DNA of 64,000 nucleotides from positions 62,001-126,000 of the forward strand of contig JAKLKB010000002.1 in the NCBI GenBank assembly GCA_023150835.1, given 5' to 3'. This document shows, piece by piece, positions 58,766 to 64,000 of this stretch; position 1 is the stretch's first letter; the number at the start of each line of letters is the position of its first letter. Origin of the DNA: Myxococcota bacterium (GTDB taxonomy: Bacteria; Myxococcota_C; UBA6777). The position numbers and the translations under genes are program-made. The notes below the pieces were generated by a model. It ran no database searches, had not been told where the DNA came from, and worked only from the letters and a program-made list of their open reading frames with translations.

Positions 58766-59141
58766 GTTGTTCTCCTTCTGTCTCTTTTGGGGTACAGAGG
58801 AACCTTTTACGAACCGTTGCTCGGCACGGTGATGCCCATGCCAAGGTCTTTTGTGGTCCGTCTCTGTCTCGCGGTGCGAATTCAGAGCGGTGTCTGTGAC
58901 GCGTGATTGCGTGTGAATGTCCGTGCGCTTTCATCTTCAAAACACACGGATGTTCGGGCGTTTGCGGTTGGAGCCTCTCTTCGAGGAGATGGCCCGTGCG
59001 TCGTTTGGATGTCGGGGGATGAGATCCGCTGCGGGTATCTCGCCCAAGGCACAAGAAACGCGCATCGCAAACGCAGAAAACACTCGCATCATAGAGATCT
59101 CTTTTTGCAGGCGCAAGAGAGAAGCAGACAGCGCGCAACAA

Positions 59142-59361
59142 AAGGAGTGAACAAACATGAATCATGCGAAGGAGTGAACAAACGCGGATCGTGCGATGTG
59201 TTGGAGGATATAAGGGATGAGGTGGCCGCGTTGTGCGGCCTCTTTCACCAGAGGAAGGAGAAGCACGGATCATGCGATGTGTTGGAGGATATAGAGGTGA
59301 CCGCGTTGTACGGCCTCTTTCACCAGAGGAAGGAGAAGCACGGATCATGCGATGTGTTGGG
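59142..59361. repeat. Intergenic imperfect tandem repeat, ~75-80-bp unit, about 2.3 copies
   Basis: cggatc(a/g)tgcgatgtgttgg at ~59186, 59266 and 59341, with gcctctttcaccagaggaaggagaagca twice. Confidence 0.85.
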
Positions 59362-59479
59362 AGGTGTGGGAAAGCAAAAGCGAGCAACGAAGGAAGAGCG
59401 GGTGGGATGATTTGCAAGGGAACCAAAAAAGGCAGACAGGTTCTTGAGGCTATCGACCTTTTGGTGACATAGACCGAGC

Positions 59480-59959
59480 TTACTTCTTGGGTTTTTTCTC
59501 TGCCTTTGCGGGAGCAGCTTTTTTCTCTGCTTTTGCGGGAGCGGCTTTTTTCTCTGCCTTTGCGGGAGCGGCTTTTTTCTCTGCCTTTGCGGGAGCGGCT
59601 TTTTTCTCTGCTTTTGCGGCTTCTTTTTTGGCGGGAGCGGCTTTCTTCTCTGCTTTTGCGGGGGCTTTTGCGCCTGCTTTTTTGGGATTGGCCACCACGT
59701 CTTTGAGATCAGAGCCTGCGCTGAAAGCAGGAACTGAACGAGCAGAGATCAAGAGTTCTTCCCCTGTTTTGGGGTGACGGCCTTTCTTCTCAGCGCGTTT
59801 TTTCACCGAAAAGGTGCCAAAGCCCTTGATCGCAATCTTCATTTCTTCGCCCAACGCTTCTTTGATGGTTTCAAAGATTTGCGTGAAAGACGCTTCCACA
59901 TCTTTTTTGGAGAGACCCGTTTTGTCAGCAACTTTCCCGATCAGTTCTTTCTTGTTCAT
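59480..59959 (-). CDS. hup: HU family DNA-binding protein with Lys/Ala/Pro-rich histone-H1-like tail
   Basis: MNKKELI...GFGTFSV...GRHPKTGE...PAFSAG, then (AEKKAAPAK)n encoded by a 27-bp repeat. Confidence 0.95.
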   Translation of the reverse strand: MNKKELIGKVADKTGLSKKDVEASFTQIFETIKEALGEEMKIAIKGFGTFSVKKRAEKKGRHPKTGEELLISARSVPAFSAGSDLKDVVANPKKAGAKAPAKAEKKAAPAKKEAAKAEKKAAPAKAEKKAAPAKAEKKAAPAKAEKKAAPAKAEKKPKK

Positions 59960-60319
59960 CAGAGATTCTCCTTGCTACATCAGATTCTTTGGAAGGGTAG
60001 TGAATGTTCCCATCACTACGCGGGCTACGCTCGCTGTTTTGTATCTAAACAACCTTTCGCCCTGTCGTCAAGAGAAAATCAAAAAAAAGTACGCGCAAAA
60101 GCTCCCGAGTGACCGCAAGGTCGCTTCACCCACCCTTCGATCGGCCCCAACGCTTCGCAGCACAAAAACATAACATTTTGATTTTGCTATACAAATCAAG
60201 CAATCACTCCTTCATCTCATTCCTTTCCAAGTCGCTTCCACAACCCCCACCAAACCAACAAGATCGCTCTCCTTTTGTCTGCTCTGTTTCGTCGCGTTTC
60301 TGCCTTCGGCAACGCATTT

Positions 60320-60750
60320 AGTGATGTAGATCACGGAACACTTGGCAATACCCCGCAAACAAGGACGCGATCGCAAGATCGCGATCTGATGATCACGATC
60401 TTGTGATCGCAGAAAGGATCGCAGATCCTCCCCTCCCCCCCGCTTGATCAGTCACTGCCGATCTTTGGTGTTAAGTAAAGTATCCACGAAAAGCCCCATC
60501 CTTGGGGCAAGACCGCACCCGATCGCTCTGTCTTTTACTGAGCTTTTTTCAGATTGATCATGCCTTCTCTCCCGAATATGGGGGATGACAGAGAGTGCCT
60601 TTTGTTTTTTGCCGAACAGAGAAGATCAAACCTCCATCCAAAAGCCCCGATATCTCATTTCGTGGATGACATACGATCATACTTTTTCTTTGTTATATGA
60701 GAAATAAAAAATAAATAATATAGCGTTACTACCTATCAAAAAAGAGAGCC
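60320..60750. other. Non-coding GATC-dense segment followed by an AT-rich tract (possible origin or regulatory region)
   Basis: About 15 GATC sites (eight within 60369-60427), AT-rich run at ~60679-60745, no credible ORF. Confidence 0.4.
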
Positions 60751-60867
60751 ATCTTTCAAAGCAAAGGGTCTTTTTCTAAATTCGAAGACAAAATGGGAGG
60801 AGTTGGGAGATTCGGAGAGGGATCGGGGCGGCGATGAACGATCAAAAAGGAAGGAAGCAGCGATCTG

Positions 60868-62793
60868 TTAGGAGCGACCGATGCCTTCGTAGACAAAGCC
60901 GAGGGCTTTGAGTTTTTCGGGGGGATAGATATTGCGGCCATCGATCAGGATGGGTTGGCGCATCAATCGGCGAACTTGTTCAAAGTCAGGATCGCGGAAA
61001 GCGAGCCACTCGGTGACAAGCACGAGAGCATCGGCTTGATCGAGGGCTTGGTATTCATCATCACAAAGCCGCAAGGCTCCAGAACGCAGCGCGTCGGAGA
61101 ATGCTGCGCCTGCGGTTTCTTCGGCGACTGGGTCGTATGCAGAAACGCGAGCACCTGCTTCGATCAGGCGTTGGATCAGGACGATCGAAGGGGCTTCGCG
61201 CATATCGTCTGTCTCGGGTTTAAAAGCCAGTCCCCACAAAGCGATCTTTTTGTTGCGCAGATCACCAAGTAGCCGCTTGAGTTTCAAGAAAGGGACGGAC
61301 TTTTGGTGTGCATTGACGTCCTCGACTGCCTGTACGATCCGCAGATCGTAATCATGTTGCCGCGCCACATGCAGCAATGCCTGCGTATCTTTTGGAAAAC
61401 AGTTATGAGCCACAAGCCCTCCCGTTGTGACGACGGTTTGGTACGCAGTTTCCAGCGAGTACACCAGCCCTTTATAAGGTTCCATTGTCACCTCTTTCAC
61501 ACGAACACGGGCCGTCGGATTTCCCTTATTCAAGCGTAAATCCGACGCGGTGGGCTGGCTGCTTGGCGTGGAGCAAAAAAGAGAATTGATCTCGTCGTTT
61601 TGTAGCGTTTCGGCTGTCGGTAAATGAAAAGGCAACCAATCACGAGCGTCCAACTCATTCGCTAATTTGATCCCCTGCACATCACCGACTTCGTCGAGCA
61701 CATAGAACGGATGATCGCCTGTACACGCGATATGCGTCCCCATGCTCGCACGCAAGTGAGCGATCTCCCCCTCGTAGCCGCGTCGGGTGAGTGCCATCAC
61801 AGGAGAAAAAGAAAAGTTTTGCCTTTCAGGATCCCAAGACAGGGCCTCCAAGCCGTTCGGAGCAAGAGAACACAAACTGAAAGCATCCTCTTGCGTTTCG
61901 TCTGGTTCGTCTTGCGTTTCTGTTGTTTGAAAGCGCTCGAAAAGCTCCTCGAAGGTCAGCACCTCAACGCGCCCTTGATAACGGATCTGAAGCGTTTCTT
62001 GCCCAACAAAACACGAGCCGCCGTAGCCAACACCCGCGTAAAGGAAGTGATGGCCGATACGGTGATCTGTCCCCATGCCTCGACGGATCTGCTCGATATT
62101 GGCTCCAACGCGTTCGCAAAGGTTGGCGAGATCGTTCATAAAAGAGATGCGTGTCGCAAGCATCGCATTACAGGCGTATTTGCAAAGCTCTGCATCACGA
62201 GGAGCCATCGTCAGGATCTGCGAGGCATCCTCCACAAAGGGCCGATAGAGATCGCGCATCATCTCGGAACCACGGTCTGTATTGCAACCGATCACGACGC
62301 GATCAGGTTCCAAGAAATCTTTGAGCGCAAGTCCCTCACGCAAAAACTCTGGGTTGCTGACCCAATCGACGGGAAAACGCGCATGATGCTCACAGTGCGC
62401 ACGCAATTGATCTTGTGTGCCTACAGGTACGGTGCTTTTGACCACCAAAACCAACCGACCAGTCGCGGCCTTGAGTACGGCCTCGGCAACCGCAAAGACT
62501 TGCGAGAGATCCGCCGAGCCATCCTGCGCAGGTGGCGTTCCAACCGCAATAAAGCACACATCAACGCCTTGAACAGAAGTCACCAGATCGGTTGAAAAAA
62601 CAAGGTTGCCTTTTTGATGGTTACGGATCACAACCTCGTCGAGACCGGGTTCATAGATCGGCATGATCCCTTTGCGAAGGTTTTCGATCTTTTGCGTGTT
62701 GATATCGACGCAGATCACATGCCGACCGCTCTCCGAAAAACAGGCCCCTGCCACAAGGCCCACATACCCTGTCCCGATAACGCATAACTTCAT
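60868..62793 (-). CDS. ugd: UDP-glucose/GDP-mannose 6-dehydrogenase containing an intein
   Basis: VIGTGYVG, SNPEFLREG, KYACNAMLATRISF, GYGGS-[insert]-CFPKD and GLAFKPETDDMRE. Confidence 0.95.
   Translation of the reverse strand: MKLCVIGTGYVGLVAGACFSESGRHVICVDINTQKIENLRKGIMPIYEPGLDEVVIRNHQKGNLVFSTDLVTSVQGVDVCFIAVGTPPAQDGSADLSQVFAVAEAVLKAATGRLVLVVKSTVPVGTQDQLRAHCEHHARFPVDWVSNPEFLREGLALKDFLEPDRVVIGCNTDRGSEMMRDLYRPFVEDASQILTMAPRDAELCKYACNAMLATRISFMNDLANLCERVGANIEQIRRGMGTDHRIGHHFLYAGVGYGGSCFVGQETLQIRYQGRVEVLTFEELFERFQTTETQDEPDETQEDAFSLCSLAPNGLEALSWDPERQNFSFSPVMALTRRGYEGEIAHLRASMGTHIACTGDHPFYVLDEVGDVQGIKLANELDARDWLPFHLPTAETLQNDEINSLFCSTPSSQPTASDLRLNKGNPTARVRVKEVTMEPYKGLVYSLETAYQTVVTTGGLVAHNCFPKDTQALLHVARQHDYDLRIVQAVEDVNAHQKSVPFLKLKRLLGDLRNKKIALWGLAFKPETDDMREAPSIVLIQRLIEAGARVSAYDPVAEETAGAAFSDALRSGALRLCDDEYQALDQADALVLVTEWLAFRDPDFEQVRRLMRQPILIDGRNIYPPEKLKALGFVYEGIGRS
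61402..62013 (-). mobile_element. Mini-intein (204 aa, no homing endonuclease)
   Basis: Begins CFVGQETLQI, block B CTGDHPFYV, block F GLVYSLET, ends VAHN before extein Cys; removal restores GYGGSCFPKD. Confidence 0.95.
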
Positions 62794-62857
62794 AATTGCT
62801 CCTCTATTCAGCACGCCAAATGGCGGATCTTGATCTGGGTGGACTTGCGTGTTTGGA

Positions 62858-62929
62858 TTTGTTTTCGTGAGGCTTGTTTTCGTGAGGCTTGTTTTCGTGA
62901 GGCTTGTTTTTGTGAGGCTTGTTTTCGTG
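62858..62929. repeat. Tandem repeat, 15-bp unit, about 4.5 copies
   Basis: ttgttttcgtgaggc repeated upstream of ugd. Confidence 0.95.
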
Positions 62930-63048
62930 GGGCGTTGCCCCAAACCCCACAAGGGACCGATGGCCCCTTGACCCCGTGTTGGCGCAACGAACAGACCTTT
63001 TCACAAAGACAACACCGCCGATTGGGGGCCTACGAACACGTCTTCTTT
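62920..63048 (+). repeat. Dispersed ~125-bp REP-like repeat, family 2, copy 2
   Basis: gtggggcgttgccccaaaccccacaagggaccgatggccccttgaccccgtgttggcg parallels 1355-1485. Confidence 0.75.
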
Positions 63049-63170
63049 ACCCACCGCGCAACTCCCACCTTGGTGAACTTTCGCGCCTTTGCTCTAGCAC
63101 AAAACGGAATACGCGATCAATGTTTGTGATGGAGCGGTTGAAGAAACAAACAACGCAGATCGTCTGAAAC

Positions 63171-63322
63171 GCCGATGGGATGAAGCATATCCATCATCTC
63201 GATATGCCGATGGGATGAGGCGTATCCATCATCTCAATATGCCGATGGGATGAGGCGTATCCATCATCTCGATATGCCGATGGGATGAGGCGTATCCATC
63301 ATCTCAATATGCCGATGGGATG
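63171..63322. repeat. Tandem repeat, 35-bp unit, about 4.3 copies, internally palindromic
   Basis: gccgatgggatgaggcgtatccatcatctc(g/a)atat head to tail directly after the clpX stop; no spacers. Confidence 0.95.
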
Positions 63323-63330
63323 GAGAGGGT

Positions 63331-64000
63331 TTAAGAAGCGATGCGACGGGAAGGTTCGGGTGTAGGCTTGGGGGGATGGATGGTTCGTTCGATCAAAGCG
63401 GAGTCGATGCGAAGTTCACGGGTGGTTTTTTTGGAGGGCAGTTCGTACATGAGATCGAGCATCGAACGTTCGAGGATGGAGCGCAGGCCTCGTGCGCCTG
63501 TCTTGCGTTCGAGGGCCAAACGTGCGACGGTTTGGAGGGCTTCGGGATCAAAATGCAGGGCGATCCCATCCAGCTCAAACAACCGTTGATATTGGCGAGT
63601 CAGGGCATTTTTGGGTTCGGTGAGGATACGGATCAAGGTTTCTTGATCGAGGCCGGAAAGGGTGGCGATCACAGGTAGGCGCCCGACAAATTCGGGGATG
63701 AGTCCGTAGCCGATCAGATCTTCGGGACGAACCTCTTTGAGCCAATCGCCTGTGTCTTTTTGGACGCGGGTTGGGATATCGGCACCAAAGCCGATCACTC
63801 GCTCTTGCATACGGCGTTGAATGATGGTTTCAAGGCCCGTGAAAGCTCCTCCGCAGATAAAGAGGATGTTGGTAGTATCGACTTGGAGGAAGTCTTGTTG
63901 GGGGTGTTTGCGCCCTCCTTTGGGGGGGACGTTGGCGACGGTACCTTCGAGGATCTTGAGCAGGGCTTGTTGAACGCCTTCACCAGAGACGTCGCGGGTG
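63331..64000 (-). CDS. clpX: ATP-dependent Clp protease ATP-binding subunit ClpX (5' part outside the window)
   Basis: [19 protein letters not shown]...[12 protein letters not shown] loop, [12 protein letters not shown] and TGARGLRSI. Confidence 0.97.
   Translation of the reverse strand, partial: TRDVSGEGVQQALLKILEGTVANVPPKGGRKHPQQDFLQVDTTNILFICGGAFTGLETIIQRRMQERVIGFGADIPTRVQKDTGDWLKEVRPEDLIGYGLIPEFVGRLPVIATLSGLDQETLIRILTEPKNALTRQYQRLFELDGIALHFDPEALQTVARLALERKTGARGLRSILERSMLDLMYELPSKKTTRELRIDSALIERTIHPPKPTPEPSRRIAS

Noticed and set aside
62794-62952. N-terminal (TKTSL)n extension of Ugd
   Set aside because: It derives from a 15-bp intergenic repeat; the canonical MKLCVIG start has its own AGAGGAG RBS.
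63171-63322. Possible CRISPR array (35-bp palindromic unit)
   Set aside because: Units are contiguous with no unique spacers, and no cas genes are in the window.

Overview
A 64-kb chromosomal window from a roughly 55% GC bacterium. The gene content (Ser/Thr kinases, Cys-rich lipoproteins, HEAT/FGE giant protein, myxobacterial-type pilin, ECF sigma/anti-sigma pair) suggests Myxococcota or a relative; this is inference. Housekeeping genes cluster at the right end (rpsT, smpB, panC, panB, HU, ugd, partial clpX, an RluA-family synthase). The left end carries MoxR-associated-type genes (DUF58, SpoIIM/DUF95, RDD, DUF4159, a GATase-like membrane protein). Most notable: (1) an operon of three membrane-fused spermidine-synthase paralogues with differently eroded active sites; (2) a secreted protein joining two Spy/CpxP/ZraP-like domains to His-rich and metallothionein-like Cys clusters; (3) a signal-peptide-less two-headed peptidoglycan-hydrolase-like protein with a triplicated ~50-aa module; (4) a 2028-aa membrane/HEAT/FGE-like protein with a channel-pore-like segment; (5) a 204-aa mini-intein just before the catalytic Cys of UDP-glucose dehydrogenase; (6) a five-copy ~110-bp MITE/REP-like element, one copy of which truncates a C5-DNA-methyltransferase; (7) window-wide GATC enrichment with a dense GATC cluster next to an AT-rich tract in a long intergenic gap. 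No rRNA, tRNA, CRISPR array or transposase was seen. All calls come from motif recognition by eye with no database searches; starts were often moved from the longest ORF to the most plausible RBS-associated codon.
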